Shown here: positions 34,153-46,200 of the stretch, in pieces | How the letters are laid out: the number at the start of each line of letters is the position of its first letter | Numbering within the stretch: position 1 is the first letter of the stretch | Virus record (IMG/VR): IMGVR_UViG_3300030060_007423 | Span: 106,802-170,801 of that record | Direction: 5' to 3' (one strand) | DNA: 64,000 nt | Origin: a virus | Translations under genes and position numbers: made by a program | Notes under the pieces: generated by a model | The model's input: the letters and a program-made list of their open reading frames with translations, nothing else | Told to the model about the DNA's origin: nothing | The model's database searches: none

Positions 34153-34929
34153 ATGAAATTAACAGAAGAACAATTATTACAGAATTGGAATGACTTAATG
34201 TCAGTCATAGACAAAACATTTGAAGGTGAAAGAAAAGACAAGCTTACAGAAATGTATAACTATTTTAGAGACAGAATGATGTTTGCACCAGCTTCAGGAT
34301 TCGAACACTTACACAATTGTTTTATTGGTGGATATGTAGACCACGTATTAAGGGTTATGAAATGTGCTGAACAAAATTATATGTTATGGAAAGAAATGGG
34401 TTCAGATTGTTCAGGATATACAATGGAAGAATTAATGTTTGTTGCTCTTAATCATGACTTAGGTAAAGTTGGTGATTTAGAAAATAATTATTATGAACCA
34501 TGTACTAGTGAATGGCACAGGAAAAATCAAGGAAGACTTTATGATTCAAACAAATCTATAGGTCATCACATGCCTGTACCACATCGGTCAATATTTTTAT
34601 TAAATCATTTTGGCATAACAATGAGCCAAGTTGAAATGATTGGTATATTAACACATGATGGTTTATATGATGATGGTAACAAACCGTACTTTATGAACTG
34701 GGCAGATGAAAAAAGTCTTAAGACAAACCTACCACTTATAATGCACCATGCAGACCACATGGCATCTAGGATTGAATATGAAAGATGGAAATCACATAAG
34801 CCTGTTGTAAATGTACAACCTAAACCAAAAAAGAAATCATGGTCAAACCCATCAACTGCACCAAAAGTTTCAACATCAAATCAATCAGCACAAGATATGT
34901 TTAAGAATTTATTTGGAGACGATAAATGA
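34153..34929 (+). CDS. HD-domain phosphohydrolase (YhaM-like)
   Basis: APAS...HN...GGYVDH, LNHDLGKVG, HDGLY, HHADHMAS. Confidence 0.85.
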   Translation: MKLTEEQLLQNWNDLMSVIDKTFEGERKDKLTEMYNYFRDRMMFAPASGFEHLHNCFIGGYVDHVLRVMKCAEQNYMLWKEMGSDCSGYTMEELMFVALNHDLGKVGDLENNYYEPCTSEWHRKNQGRLYDSNKSIGHHMPVPHRSIFLLNHFGITMSQVEMIGILTHDGLYDDGNKPYFMNWADEKSLKTNLPLIMHHADHMASRIEYERWKSHKPVVNVQPKPKKKSWSNPSTAPKVSTSNQSAQDMFKNLFGDDK

Positions 34930-35198
34930 TAACAACAATAGTAATACTTTCAATTATAGTTTGTGCACTCATATATTCAAATATTAATATGTTGAAAAAA
35001 TATGAAAGGTTAGAGGATTATGTAGATGATGCTGATGCATGGATTGATGGTTTACAAAAAACATTAACTGATTTAATTAAGGACTGGGACAAGGTTGATA
35101 GTAAAGGTGCATTTAAGTCAGACGATGAAGTTGGTACTACATATGAACAAATAAACAATCTTGTTAAAAAATTAAAAGATGGATTCGGAGATAAATAA
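34926..35198 (+). CDS. Membrane-anchored coiled-coil protein
   Basis: N-terminal TM helix; GAFKSDDEVG. Confidence 0.6.
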   Translation: MITTIVILSIIVCALIYSNINMLKKYERLEDYVDDADAWIDGLQKTLTDLIKDWDKVDSKGAFKSDDEVGTTYEQINNLVKKLKDGFGDK

Positions 35199-35881
35199 TG
35201 GGAAGAAAGCGAAAAAGAAAATTGTATTTTACAGAAGATACTGAACGTGCAATAATTGAATACAATAAATCAGATAGTTATGCTTATAGGAACAAAATTT
35301 ATAATAAAGAAATCCATCCTGCATTTGAAAAGTTAGCAGAAAATATGATTCATACATTTAAGTTTTATTATTTTGATGTACCATATAGAGATGTTAAGCA
35401 CAATGTAGTAACATTTCTAATTGAAAAAATGCCTAAGTATACTGAAGGAAAGGGCAAGGCATTTTCATATTTTAGTATTGTTGCAAAAAACTGGTTAATT
35501 CTAAATAACAACAATAACTATAAAAAGATTAAAGCAAAGGCACCAGTCACAACTATAGATACTAGGCGTAATGTTACAAATGAAATTATACGTCAAGAGG
35601 AAATGGAAGCAAAGCATGACTTTATGGAATACTTTATAAGTTACTGTACAAGAAATGCAAACAACTTAGTATCAAAAGAAAGAGACTTAAAGGTACTTTA
35701 TGCATTACTTGAAATATTTAGAAAACGTGATAACATAGAGAACTTTAATAAAAAAGCACTATACATAATGGTTCGAGAAATGACAAATGTTAAGACAGGT
35801 TATATTACTCGAGTTGTAAATGTTCTAAAAGCAAAGTACATTGAATTGCACAATACCTACAGAACTGGGACAAGATTCTAG
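35198..35881 (+). CDS. Phage sigma-like transcription factor (T4 gp55-like, late)
   Basis: YFTEDTERAIIEYN...FEKLAENMI...GKGKAFSYFSIVAKN region-2-like pattern; precedes structural module. Confidence 0.65.
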   Translation: MGRKRKRKLYFTEDTERAIIEYNKSDSYAYRNKIYNKEIHPAFEKLAENMIHTFKFYYFDVPYRDVKHNVVTFLIEKMPKYTEGKGKAFSYFSIVAKNWLILNNNNNYKKIKAKAPVTTIDTRRNVTNEIIRQEEMEAKHDFMEYFISYCTRNANNLVSKERDLKVLYALLEIFRKRDNIENFNKKALYIMVREMTNVKTGYITRVVNVLKAKYIELHNTYRTGTRF

Positions 35882-35903
35882 TTGTATTTGATATTTATAT
35901 TAG

Positions 35904-36275
35904 ATGGAAAAGGATTTAGAAATATTTAGTGGAAAAACATTCTCTGGTTTACTCAAAGACATTTATACAAATGCAAAAGCCAAAGAACGACAAATTGACA
36001 TTTTAATTAAAGAATTAAAACCGTTGATAAAAAATATTGGCGATGCAACAGTTATCGTTCCACTTATAAAAGACTACTTAGATATTGCAGTAAAAAATGA
36101 TGATCACTTAATTAAGATGGCTGCAATTGTTCAACGTGCTACACAGCGAACAGAAGCTGGTGAATCCTTAATTTTAACTGATGAGGAAAAGAAACAACTC
36201 CTCGAAGAAGTTGAAAAAATTGAAGAAAATATAGAGGATAAATCAAGTGGCAAAGATACTAAGACACGGGTATAG
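35904..36275 (+). CDS. Conserved hypothetical helical protein
   Basis: VPLIKDYLDIAVKNDDHLIKMAAIVQR. Confidence 0.6.
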   Translation: MEKDLEIFSGKTFSGLLKDIYTNAKAKERQIDILIKELKPLIKNIGDATVIVPLIKDYLDIAVKNDDHLIKMAAIVQRATQRTEAGESLILTDEEKKQLLEEVEKIEENIEDKSSGKDTKTRV

Positions 36276-37308
36276 AGGAGCAGCTTCCGAAGGTAACCAA
36301 ATAAAAACAGGAGCCTCCGGAAAACTTATTGAACATACAGGTGAAATTATTTTTGCATATGTACAAGACACTATTCTTGACCCATCAAATCCAAAGTTTC
36401 ATTTAGAAGATAAGACCACATCAGTTGGTACAATACAATGTATACCTCTTAACCAAGCAACAACAACTCAGACACAGCGTTCTATTGAAGCAAGACCTCT
36501 CAATGCAAACATAAATAGATACCCAGTTAAACATGAAATAGTTTTAATTATTAAATGTATTGAAGGAGGTACAGTTGGTAACACTCGTGAAGACTATTTT
36601 TATATAGGTACAGTCAATGCATTAAACAGTCCAAACTATAACGGAGGTAATTCATATTTACCAGAACAAGACTTTAAGTGGAAAGGTGAAGACGGTGAAA
36701 CATTTGAACCTGTTGATGCAATAGTTAAATTATTACATAACGATGGTGATGTTGTATTTGAGGGAGGTTTTGGAAATGCAATAAGATTAGGTAGTACAGC
36801 ACAAGAACCATCATCAGCAAACCAATGGTCTTTGGATGGTGCAGATGGTGATCCAATAATTATAATAACAAACGGATTTAATGGTACACCTATTGAAGGT
36901 ACTGATGGAAAAGTAATTATAGAAAGTGTTGATGACGACTCTTCATCTATGTATTTTACAGGAGGCCAGTCAATACCATTGTCATTAAGTAATAATTTAC
37001 CAACAGGCATTGACCCAACAAATTCCTTTGTTGGAAATCAAGTTGTAATTAATAGTGATAGACTTGTATTTAATGCAAGAGGTGATAGTGTTATATTGTC
37101 AGGTGCTGCACAAATTGCACTATGTACCCCTGAATGGAAAGTTGATGTTACATTAATGATGGACGCAATAAAAGCAATTGCAACTGAACTTGATGCACTG
37201 TGTACAGGTAAAGCAACTCTTACAACGGGTGTTGGACCAACAGGACCTGGAACAAATGCAGGAAATACAACTAAGATTTTATCAGACTTAGGAATGTTGG
37301 AACAGTAG
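36247..37308 (+). CDS. Baseplate hub/spike protein (gp5/gpV-like)
   Basis: OB-fold-like N-terminus (YPVKHEIV), GDVVFEGGFGNAIRLGS, QVVINSDRLVFNA; upstream of gp25. Confidence 0.6.
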   Translation: MAKILRHGYRGAASEGNQIKTGASGKLIEHTGEIIFAYVQDTILDPSNPKFHLEDKTTSVGTIQCIPLNQATTTQTQRSIEARPLNANINRYPVKHEIVLIIKCIEGGTVGNTREDYFYIGTVNALNSPNYNGGNSYLPEQDFKWKGEDGETFEPVDAIVKLLHNDGDVVFEGGFGNAIRLGSTAQEPSSANQWSLDGADGDPIIIITNGFNGTPIEGTDGKVIIESVDDDSSSMYFTGGQSIPLSLSNNLPTGIDPTNSFVGNQVVINSDRLVFNARGDSVILSGAAQIALCTPEWKVDVTLMMDAIKAIATELDALCTGKATLTTGVGPTGPGTNAGNTTKILSDLGMLEQ

Positions 37309-37317
37309 GAGAATAGT

Positions 37318-37863
37318 ATGCCAGTTATTTGGCCAGGATTACAATCAGGTTTTACAAGTTTTTTACAAGGGCAAAGTGCAGCTGGCTTAGAGGATACTGC
37401 AAAAGAAATTGCAAAATTATATCATGATGCTGTTCAACAAGCAATGCCAGCAGTGGCACCAGGTGCAACAGTTTTAGGTCTAGACCCAAAGCCAATAGAG
37501 GATGGATTTTTAGATTCATTTCAACAAATTTTTGATGCAGAAAAAGATCTAGGTCCTGCAGGTTATTCTCTTGCTGCACTGGGTGTTGTAAATTACTGGA
37601 CAGGTAAAAGTCTAAAACCAACCCCACCACCTGGAATGACTGCAACAATATCACACACAATAACAATGGGAGGAGCTCCCTCTCCATTAGACGTACAAAT
37701 ATATTCGGCATTTAAGGCAATGAGTGAACCTGCTGTTGCATCAGCATTAGTAGGAGCTTTCACTGCACATATAGCAACAGTAATGGGACTATGGACAGGA
37801 ACAATGCCAGGACCTTCAGGAGTTATGCCGGCTCCACCCATTCCTTGGGTTGGATTAATGTAA
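37318..37863 (+). CDS. Structural protein (baseplate region)
   Basis: Pro/Gly/Ala-rich; AGGAG RBS; synteny. Confidence 0.55.
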   Translation: MPVIWPGLQSGFTSFLQGQSAAGLEDTAKEIAKLYHDAVQQAMPAVAPGATVLGLDPKPIEDGFLDSFQQIFDAEKDLGPAGYSLAALGVVNYWTGKSLKPTPPPGMTATISHTITMGGAPSPLDVQIYSAFKAMSEPAVASALVGAFTAHIATVMGLWTGTMPGPSGVMPAPPIPWVGLM

Positions 37864-37919
37864 TTTCTATTGTAGATAGATATTTATAATAGAAGTAAAT
37901 AAAGTTTAGGAGTTATCAT

Positions 37920-38381
37920 ATGAAAGCAAGTGATTTAGTTAAAATCATACGAAAAGTTGTAAAGGAAGAAATTTCTTTAGCAATACGAAAAGAGTTAAGA
38001 CCAATAATTAAAGAGGTCAAAACAAAAGCCGTTAAAAGAGTAGCTAAAAAGCCAGTAAGTAAAGTTCAATCTAAAAGTTTTACTTCTGATAATACATTAA
38101 ATAGTATACTAAACGAAACGGCTCAACAAATAGCAAGTGAAAATGGTTCAGACTGGCCAACAATGGGTAATGGTCAAATGACTTCTCAAGATGCAAGAAA
38201 TGGATTAGCATCACTAATGGGAATGAATGATCCAAACCAAATGTTTGGTGGTCAACCATCAGCACAACAAATGATACCTGATGATAGGAAAGGTGCACCT
38301 GTACCTGAAGCATTAGAAAAAGCATTAACTAGAGATTATTCAGAATTAGTTAAAGCAATGGATATTAAAAAGGGAAAATAA
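37920..38381 (+). CDS. Conserved virion/head-associated protein
   Basis: MKASDLVKIIRKVVKEEI, LNSILNETA, LTRDYSELVKAM. Confidence 0.6.
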   Translation: MKASDLVKIIRKVVKEEISLAIRKELRPIIKEVKTKAVKRVAKKPVSKVQSKSFTSDNTLNSILNETAQQIASENGSDWPTMGNGQMTSQDARNGLASLMGMNDPNQMFGGQPSAQQMIPDDRKGAPVPEALEKALTRDYSELVKAMDIKKGK

Positions 38382-38384
38382 TAA

Positions 38385-38822
38385 ATGCCATACGAAGTAC
38401 CAGGAGAAAATTTATTAGACCAACAACCTGACGTTGCTGTTGGAATATCTTTGCCATTAAATACAGATGGTGATTTTGGTGCTACGTATACAACAGTACA
38501 ACAAGCTCATAGTAATTTAATAAATCTACTAATGACAATAAAGGGTGAAAGACCCATGCAGCCTGAGTTTGGAACAGATTTACACAAGTTGTTATTTGAA
38601 CCTAACACTCAAGAATTAAGACCAAGAATAGAACATACTATAAAGGATGCTGTTAAAACATGGCTACCATATATTAATATAGTAATGATTGAAATAACAA
38701 CAAAGATAGATTTGTACCAGGTGTTTATTAAAATAACATATCAAGTTAATCCTAGTCAACAACAAGACATAGTTGAGATTGGAGCTAACTTGGCAACTGG
38801 TGGATTGGCACCAGCGTACTAA
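38385..38822 (+). CDS. Baseplate wedge protein (gp25/GPW family)
   Basis: NLINLLMTIKGERPMQPEFGTDLHKLLFEP, WLPYI. Confidence 0.9.
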   Translation: MPYEVPGENLLDQQPDVAVGISLPLNTDGDFGATYTTVQQAHSNLINLLMTIKGERPMQPEFGTDLHKLLFEPNTQELRPRIEHTIKDAVKTWLPYINIVMIEITTKIDLYQVFIKITYQVNPSQQQDIVEIGANLATGGLAPAY

Positions 38823-38834
38823 TAGGAATTAAAT

Positions 38835-40718
38835 ATGTCGTATACTAATAACACACCAACAGGAACAAAAAATATAAAGTATTTGAACAAGTCATTCAGT
38901 GACTTCAAAAATAATCTTATACAGTTTGCGCAAACATATTATCCTGAAACATACAATGACTTTAATGAGTCTTCACCAGGAATGATGTTTTTAGAAATGT
39001 CAGCATATGTTGGTGATGTGCTATCTTATTATTTAGATTATCAGTTTAAGGAAAGTTTAATTCAACATGCCGAAGACGCTGGAAATGTATATAGGGCAGC
39101 GGAAGCATTAGGCTATACACCAACAGTAGCAGCCGCATCTACAGTTAACTTAGATGTTTTTCAATTATTACCTGCAACAGGTAGTGGTGATACTGTTGGA
39201 CCGGACTGGAGATATAGTTTAATTGTTGAAGATGGAATGAGAGCAGTTTCAACAGAAAATGGAACACCTTTTACACTTAATACACCAATAGATTTTAGGT
39301 CGTCAGGTTCAAGTCAAACTGAGGTTAGTGTATATAGTGTTGATGCAAACGGTGCACCTGATTATTATATACTTAGAAAACAAGCAAAGGCAACATCAGG
39401 TGAAATTAAAACATTTGATTTTCCAGTTGGTGCAGCTCAAAGAAGTCTTAGAATTTTAATGCCATCTGAACCAATAATTGAAATAACAAAATGTACAGAT
39501 AGCGACGGTAATGTTTGGACGTATGTACCTTACCTTGCACAAGATTTAACATTTGAAGAAGTACGTGTAACAAATGCTGTTGACCCAGGGTTAGCTGACC
39601 AGTCAACAAATACACCATACCTATTAAAATTAAATAAAACAACAAAAAGATTTACATATAGAATAACAAGAACAGGAAGATTGGAATTACAATTTGGTTC
39701 AGGAACTGGCGAGCCTGATGAAACATTAGTACCTAACCCTGAAAATGTTGGTTCAGGTGTACCTGGTTCAGTTACACAATTGGATAAATCATTTGACCCT
39801 TCAAATTTTATATATACTAGAACATACGGTGAATCACCTGTAGAAACTACATTGACGGTTGAATATATTGTTGGTAATGGAATAGCCTCAAATGTAGCAG
39901 CAAATACAATCACTGGTGTTGAAAATGCAATATTAACAAATAATGAAGAAGGAATCAATACGGCATTATTAGATACTGTTAAAGGTTCAGTTGCATGTAC
40001 AAATCCAGAACCAGCGGCAGGTGGTAAATCAGCAGAGACTCTTGATGAAGTAAGAAACGCTGCACTTGCAAATTATGCTGCACAAAATAGGGCTGTTACT
40101 AGGGAAGACTATATTACTAGAGTTTACTCTATGCCTAATAGATTTGGTAGTATTGCAAAAGCATATATAACACAAGACACACAAATAACACCACAAGGTG
40201 GAACACAGCCAAACCCTCTTGCACTAAACCTGTATGTATTAGGATATGATAAAGATTTTAAGTTAACAACATGTAATTCTTCAACAAAGGAAAATCTTAG
40301 AAATTATCTATCACAATATAGAATGTTGACAGATGCTGTAAATATTAAGGATGGGTACATTGTAAATATTGGTATTGATTTTCAAGTAATTGCATTACCA
40401 ACATATAATGGAAGGCAAGTTGTTTTACAATGTATTGACAGATTAAAAACATATTTTGAAATTCAAAAAATGCAATTTAATTCTCCAATAATTATTAAAG
40501 ATATAATAACAACTCTAGCACAGACTGAAGGTGTACAATCAGTATTAGGCGAACCAGTAGTAACAAACAAATATAGTGTAAGTGATGGTTACTCTGGAAA
40601 TAGATATGTTATAGAAAGTGCAACAAGAAACGGAATTATTTACCCATCACAAGACCCATGTGTATTTGAAATTAAATACCCAGATATAGATATTCGTGGT
40701 CAAGCATCATCATATTAG
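38835..40718 (+). CDS. Baseplate wedge protein (T4 gp6 / baseplate J-like)
   Basis: YLNKSFSDFK, DFNESSPGMMFLEMSAYVGDVLSYY, LQFGSG, QNRAVTREDY. Confidence 0.9.
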   Translation: MSYTNNTPTGTKNIKYLNKSFSDFKNNLIQFAQTYYPETYNDFNESSPGMMFLEMSAYVGDVLSYYLDYQFKESLIQHAEDAGNVYRAAEALGYTPTVAAASTVNLDVFQLLPATGSGDTVGPDWRYSLIVEDGMRAVSTENGTPFTLNTPIDFRSSGSSQTEVSVYSVDANGAPDYYILRKQAKATSGEIKTFDFPVGAAQRSLRILMPSEPIIEITKCTDSDGNVWTYVPYLAQDLTFEEVRVTNAVDPGLADQSTNTPYLLKLNKTTKRFTYRITRTGRLELQFGSGTGEPDETLVPNPENVGSGVPGSVTQLDKSFDPSNFIYTRTYGESPVETTLTVEYIVGNGIASNVAANTITGVENAILTNNEEGINTALLDTVKGSVACTNPEPAAGGKSAETLDEVRNAALANYAAQNRAVTREDYITRVYSMPNRFGSIAKAYITQDTQITPQGGTQPNPLALNLYVLGYDKDFKLTTCNSSTKENLRNYLSQYRMLTDAVNIKDGYIVNIGIDFQVIALPTYNGRQVVLQCIDRLKTYFEIQKMQFNSPIIIKDIITTLAQTEGVQSVLGEPVVTNKYSVSDGYSGNRYVIESATRNGIIYPSQDPCVFEIKYPDIDIRGQASSY

Positions 40719-40730
40719 GAGTATTAGAAA

Positions 40731-41858
40731 ATGATATTTAGTACATTTCCACAAAAAGATGCAACGCTTTACGAAGCGACAAGAAGTATGAATACAGGCC
40801 TAGACGCAATTCTTGAATTGACTAAGCATGGCCAAACTTCATCATCTTTACTTGCAAGCGGTTCCGTATTTAACACACGTATTCTTTTACAATTTGATTT
40901 ATCAGAAATATCAAGTTCAATAACTGCAGGCACAATAGGTGCTGATGCAAAATATTATCTAAACTTGTACACATGTGAAGCAAATGATATAGCATCAGAG
41001 TATGCAATAACTGCTCACCCAGTTTCAGAATCTTGGACTATGGGTACAGGCAAATATTTTAACGACCCGGCAACAACAGATGGATGTAGTTGGAAGTATA
41101 GAATAAGTGAGGATGACGGTACAGAATGGAGACAAACTGGATTTACTGTAGGAACAACAGGTTCTGATAATGCGTTTCAATCTGAGCCAGGTGGTGGTAC
41201 ATTTTATACAAGTTCAATATGTAGTCAATCATTTAGTAATGAAACATCAGATGTTCGAATGGATGTGACTGATATTGTTAAGCAATGGATAAGCGGCTCA
41301 ATAGAAAATAATGGATTCTTAATTAAGAGAAGTGGTACAGGTGCAACTTCACAAGAATTTGACACAACGCCATACGGTAGTCTAAAGTTTTTCTCAAGTG
41401 ATACAAATACAGTATACCCACCAAGATTAGAAGCTGCTTGGGATGATAGCTCTCAAGTAACATCAAGCTTAAGTGAATTAACTGAGGATGATATATTGTT
41501 ATATATGAAAAACAACAGAGGAACATATAAGCAAGAAGCAAAGGCAAAATTTAGAGTTACTGGAAGAGAAAGATTTCCTGTTGCAACATATGCAACGTCA
41601 TCCGAAGCATTAACTGTTAAACATTTACCAACCAGTTCTTACTATTCTGTAAAGGATGCTCATAGTGAAGAAACTGTTATTCCTTTTGATACTGGAAGTA
41701 CAAAAATAAGCTGTGATAGTTCAGGAAACTATTTTAAGCTTTGGATGTCAGGATTACAACCAGAAAGATATTATCGATTTGTGTTTAGAGTTGACCGTGA
41801 TGGTGGAAATAGAATAGAATATTTTGATGACAATTATATATTTAAGGTAGTGAGATAG
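40731..41858 (+). CDS. Structural protein with DNRLRE/CBM-like domain
   Basis: KDATLYE, RILLQFDLS, DVTDIVKQWISG..NNGFLIK, FFSSDT..YPPRLE. Confidence 0.65.
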   Translation: MIFSTFPQKDATLYEATRSMNTGLDAILELTKHGQTSSSLLASGSVFNTRILLQFDLSEISSSITAGTIGADAKYYLNLYTCEANDIASEYAITAHPVSESWTMGTGKYFNDPATTDGCSWKYRISEDDGTEWRQTGFTVGTTGSDNAFQSEPGGGTFYTSSICSQSFSNETSDVRMDVTDIVKQWISGSIENNGFLIKRSGTGATSQEFDTTPYGSLKFFSSDTNTVYPPRLEAAWDDSSQVTSSLSELTEDDILLYMKNNRGTYKQEAKAKFRVTGRERFPVATYATSSEALTVKHLPTSSYYSVKDAHSEETVIPFDTGSTKISCDSSGNYFKLWMSGLQPERYYRFVFRVDRDGGNRIEYFDDNYIFKVVR

Positions 41859-41870
41859 GAGTAAATAGTT

Positions 41871-43217
41871 ATGCCAAGTTTAACTCAACTTTTAGGAGCC
41901 TCCCCAACAATAACAACCAATATGTTTGGGTTTCCACAGTGGCTAGGTGGAAAAGGATCATCCAATGCTTGGTATGGTACACCTCCTACACCTCCAATAC
42001 CGGAATCAATTGTTAGAGCATACAATGTAACAACGACCTTTGCAACGGAAAGTTATACTGCTCGTGAAACGGCTGAGCTCGTTAATACAATGGGAGTAGC
42101 AAGAACAGATGGAGTAGGTTCAAATTCAAATGGTGAACCAAACCCAGGACATGGTGTAACGGCACAAGGTGTTGTAATTTCACGTGAAAATGATGGCGGT
42201 GTTTTCAAAATACCAAATGAAAAAGTTTTCTTTGAAAGAACATCATATGCAAATGTATTGGATACTTCTTTCAAAGAATTAAAGCCAGATATTCCAGCTA
42301 TTGAGGCACCTGATGAACCTCCATTTTTACCACCGGTTATGAGATTACGAACCGACGTTGGTGGTGACCCAAAGCCAAGTGGTATTATTGTATATAATGG
42401 AAGATTTTGGGTATTAGGTGAAGACAAGGGTTATTGGGAAAGTACAATTCCAACGTCAACAGGAAAAATGATTGTTGAAGCTGGAGCGTTTGTTGTATTA
42501 TCAGCAGATGCTTGGAGTTATAAAACTGAAGCAGGCCAGGAAATTCGAGATGACTTAACATATGAATGGGTAATTGACGGAACAGTTGTATCAACTGAAC
42601 GTGGTTTAAGAATGTTTGATATTTGGTCTCAAGGTCATGCAAAACCAGGTACTGGTATATTTAGACTTAGTAATGATCCATTTTCACCAAAGTCATATGA
42701 CATAACATTAAAGGTAACAAATAAAGTTGGTACGTCAGTATCACAAATAGGAATAATTGTTTTAGGTGGGGAAGATTCTAGTGGAAATTATATTGACACA
42801 GAAGACTTTATACCATACCAGGATAGAACCGGATTCTATATGAATTTCTATGATAGTACAAGAATCTCAGCACCATACACTGGTACACCTGTTGGTGATG
42901 AAGGATTATTTGAAGTTGTTGTAACTGATGAGCTTTTATATTATCCTAATCAAACAGCAAATCTTTTACCATACACTGGTCCACCGCAATTTAATTTATC
43001 AACAAATGGAACAACTGACTTAGGATCATTTGTTCGTGACCAAGATGGTGTATATTGGTATTGGTCTGGTATCCCAGCAATACAAACAACATATTCAACA
43101 GGTGGAGGTAATTATGCAATTGCAACAAAGGGTGCAGGTAAAGGTACAGGTGTAGGCGGCGGTGATTCATTCTGGTGGAATGAAGGTAGTGACGCAACTA
43201 ATTATAATTTATGGTAA
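41871..43217 (+). CDS. Structural protein with Ig/PKD-like domain
   Basis: LTYEWVIDG...YDITLKVTNKVG. Confidence 0.55.
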   Translation: MPSLTQLLGASPTITTNMFGFPQWLGGKGSSNAWYGTPPTPPIPESIVRAYNVTTTFATESYTARETAELVNTMGVARTDGVGSNSNGEPNPGHGVTAQGVVISRENDGGVFKIPNEKVFFERTSYANVLDTSFKELKPDIPAIEAPDEPPFLPPVMRLRTDVGGDPKPSGIIVYNGRFWVLGEDKGYWESTIPTSTGKMIVEAGAFVVLSADAWSYKTEAGQEIRDDLTYEWVIDGTVVSTERGLRMFDIWSQGHAKPGTGIFRLSNDPFSPKSYDITLKVTNKVGTSVSQIGIIVLGGEDSSGNYIDTEDFIPYQDRTGFYMNFYDSTRISAPYTGTPVGDEGLFEVVVTDELLYYPNQTANLLPYTGPPQFNLSTNGTTDLGSFVRDQDGVYWYWSGIPAIQTTYSTGGGNYAIATKGAGKGTGVGGGDSFWWNEGSDATNYNLW

Positions 43218-43228
43218 TGTATTAAAAC

Positions 43229-46200
43229 ATGCAAGATATATTTGGAAATAGAATACTAAAGTATACAGACGATAACATTAAAGTTATTCGTTCACTTGTC
43301 TCTACATCTCAGTTTGGTGAATATGCAAACACTGAAACATCTGGGTCATTAACAGACACAACACCTGACTATATCTTAACAAAAGTTATTAGTGAAGGTG
43401 AAGTATTAGAATCATTTACTGATTTACCATACCAAGTTGTTGAAGGTGAAATACAAGTTGACTTAGCTACCCACTTAAGAAATAAAGGCTATTCAACTGG
43501 AATGTTTGATATTGAAATGTCATTTCATAGAAACGTTGTTGGTTCAAATCTTGATGAAACTGAAGTGGGTACAAATGATAATAAATTATTTGTAAAGGAA
43601 ATATCTCAAAAGAGATTGGAATTAAGACTAAATCCAGTTGCATATTCAGAATTAATATTTGATGAACAGATTGCATTTGGAGATTATGATCCAGTTACAT
43701 CTACAGCAAACACAGTATCAAATCCAGCCCAACCAGAGGAAGGTGCTGGACAAGAAAGTGTTGAAGGAACACCACTAACACAAACTATTGACTTTGAATT
43801 AAACATTGGCGGATATGTTTTACCAATAATAAATAAAGTATTGGACTATATAGCAAATCCAATATCACCATATGATTTATTAATAAAACTTGAAGACAAA
43901 TTACCAGCCGAAATAAAAAAGAATGAAGTTTGTTGGGTATCACGAACACTTGCTGAAAAATTTACAACAAGTATAATTTTAGAATCAACAGCAGAATCAT
44001 CTGAACCATATAATCAACTAGGTCCTGCAAACTTTACGGTGCGAACAGGAACTGTTAGAGGTTCATCAACTGGGTTTGAATCATTTGATGATTTACTTGG
44101 TGCAGAAGATGAACAAAAAACAAGAATAATAAACGAATACTTAAGTGGAAGTTTACAAGGCATAGACCTTGCAATTGACCACAGGAAATATGAAAACTTT
44201 ATACAATTTAGTTCAGCCGAAGAAAGACTTAGAAGTTTTGTACATAAGCTACAACAAATTGAATACTATGATACAAAAATTGCAGCAGTTTCAACAGACT
44301 ACCAAACAATAACTGCATTCACAGCATCAACTGATGTAACAGGTTCTGATTTCTTTTTATCCAATAAGGCAAAGTGGACAAACAAACGAAATGAAATTTT
44401 AGGTACATTTGACCATTATGATAGATACCTATATTACGAATCATCTTCATATGAATCATCTTCATTTGGAGAGTTTACACCAGCAACCTGGCCAAAGGAT
44501 AATTCAACAAAACCATATACCCTTGCACCATCTACTTCTTCAGCTGCACTAGAGTGGTTAGGAAATATACACAGTTCAGATGGTGAAGGAAAGGGACAAC
44601 TACATTCAGCATCATTATTTGATAATGAAAATCCAGCTGCACTTAGAAGTACAATTCCGCAATACCTAATAAATGATCCAGCAAATGATTCATATAAATT
44701 ATTTGTAGACATGGCAGGTCAACATTATGATATATTATTAAATTACATTAAAGGTTTAGGTAAGCTACATGATAGGGATGAAGGTTTAACAACTGGATTG
44801 TCAAAAGATACAATAAGTGAATTACTATCATCATATGGGTGGAATCCACAATTAGGATTTAATGTTGATGCACTTTGGAAATATGTTCTAGGTACAGATA
44901 ATAGTGGTAGTTATCAGGCAACAGAACCTGATGGAACATCTGTTATATTCAATCAAAGTGAGTCATTACCTAGAGACGAAATAAGTAAAGAAATCTTAAA
45001 CAGACTTCTGAACAATTTACCATACATTTATAAAACAAAGGGAACAGAGAGAAGTATAAGGGCTCTAACAAACTGTTATGGTATCCCAGATACTATTTTG
45101 GATATAAATGAATATGGAGGTCCTAGCCGTGATAAAACTGTAAATGTAAAACATAAACGTAAAAAGTTTTCATATGCACTACAGTTTGATGGTGATGATT
45201 CTCAAATTAGTGTTCCTTGGCACCCAGTGACAGGTAGTGATGGATTTTCCGGATGGCCAGTACATCAAGAAATTAGAATCAATTGTTCAGGCTCTAGTGT
45301 AAAAAGAAATCAATCAATTCTTGCAACATCCATGAGTTCAGATACTGGATTTAGAACATTAGATACATTTTCAACTTCAAGTGCAGGTTGGAATCTTTGG
45401 ATGGAACATACAGGTTCATATAGTGCAAGTAGTGACTATGGCCGATTACATTTTTATATTACAGGTAGTAATGAAACAGGCGATTCAGCAGCAACTGCAT
45501 CTTTTACATTTGATACAGCTGCACAAGGTGGTAAGATTACATTCACTTCACTTAAAGCTGATGCAGCAACATCAAGAACAAAAACATATATTGCAATGAC
45601 ATCTTCAGTTGTGAATGGTTCAGTTGCAAGTGGAAAGGTACAGTTTTCAGCATCTGCAACATTAGGTGAAATGGCAAATAACTTTGCAGCTGCCGTGACA
45701 CATAGTAATGGTCATGGTAATAGAATCTCAACAACCGTTGCTGGTGCAAAGGTAACATTGACCCAAGCCTTTTCAGGTTCAGCTGGGAATTTTCCAATAT
45801 CACAATCAGATAATTTTAATGGTATCGTTGCTGGAAATGTACCTGCAGCATTTGTTGCTGGAAAAGATTTACCTGGTAGAATGTTAAGTGCATCAACTGA
45901 TTGGATACCTTTATATAATGGTGATTGGTGGAACATTGGACTAAATACTACAACTGGAATTGAAACACATACAACACGTTCAGGTGCACCAAACGTTTCA
46001 TTCCAAATAACTGCAAAGCTGGCAGCCGACCATGCAGATGGTAAAGTTACGCATAGTGGAAGTGCTGAAATAAGTTTAACCCACATAACATCTCAAAGTT
46101 ATCTTAGAGCTTGGACATACAATAAGAGCATAGCAACAAATAATGAAAGTGCAGTTTTTATTGGTGGTGTAAATGATAGTGAATGGGTATCACATGGAAT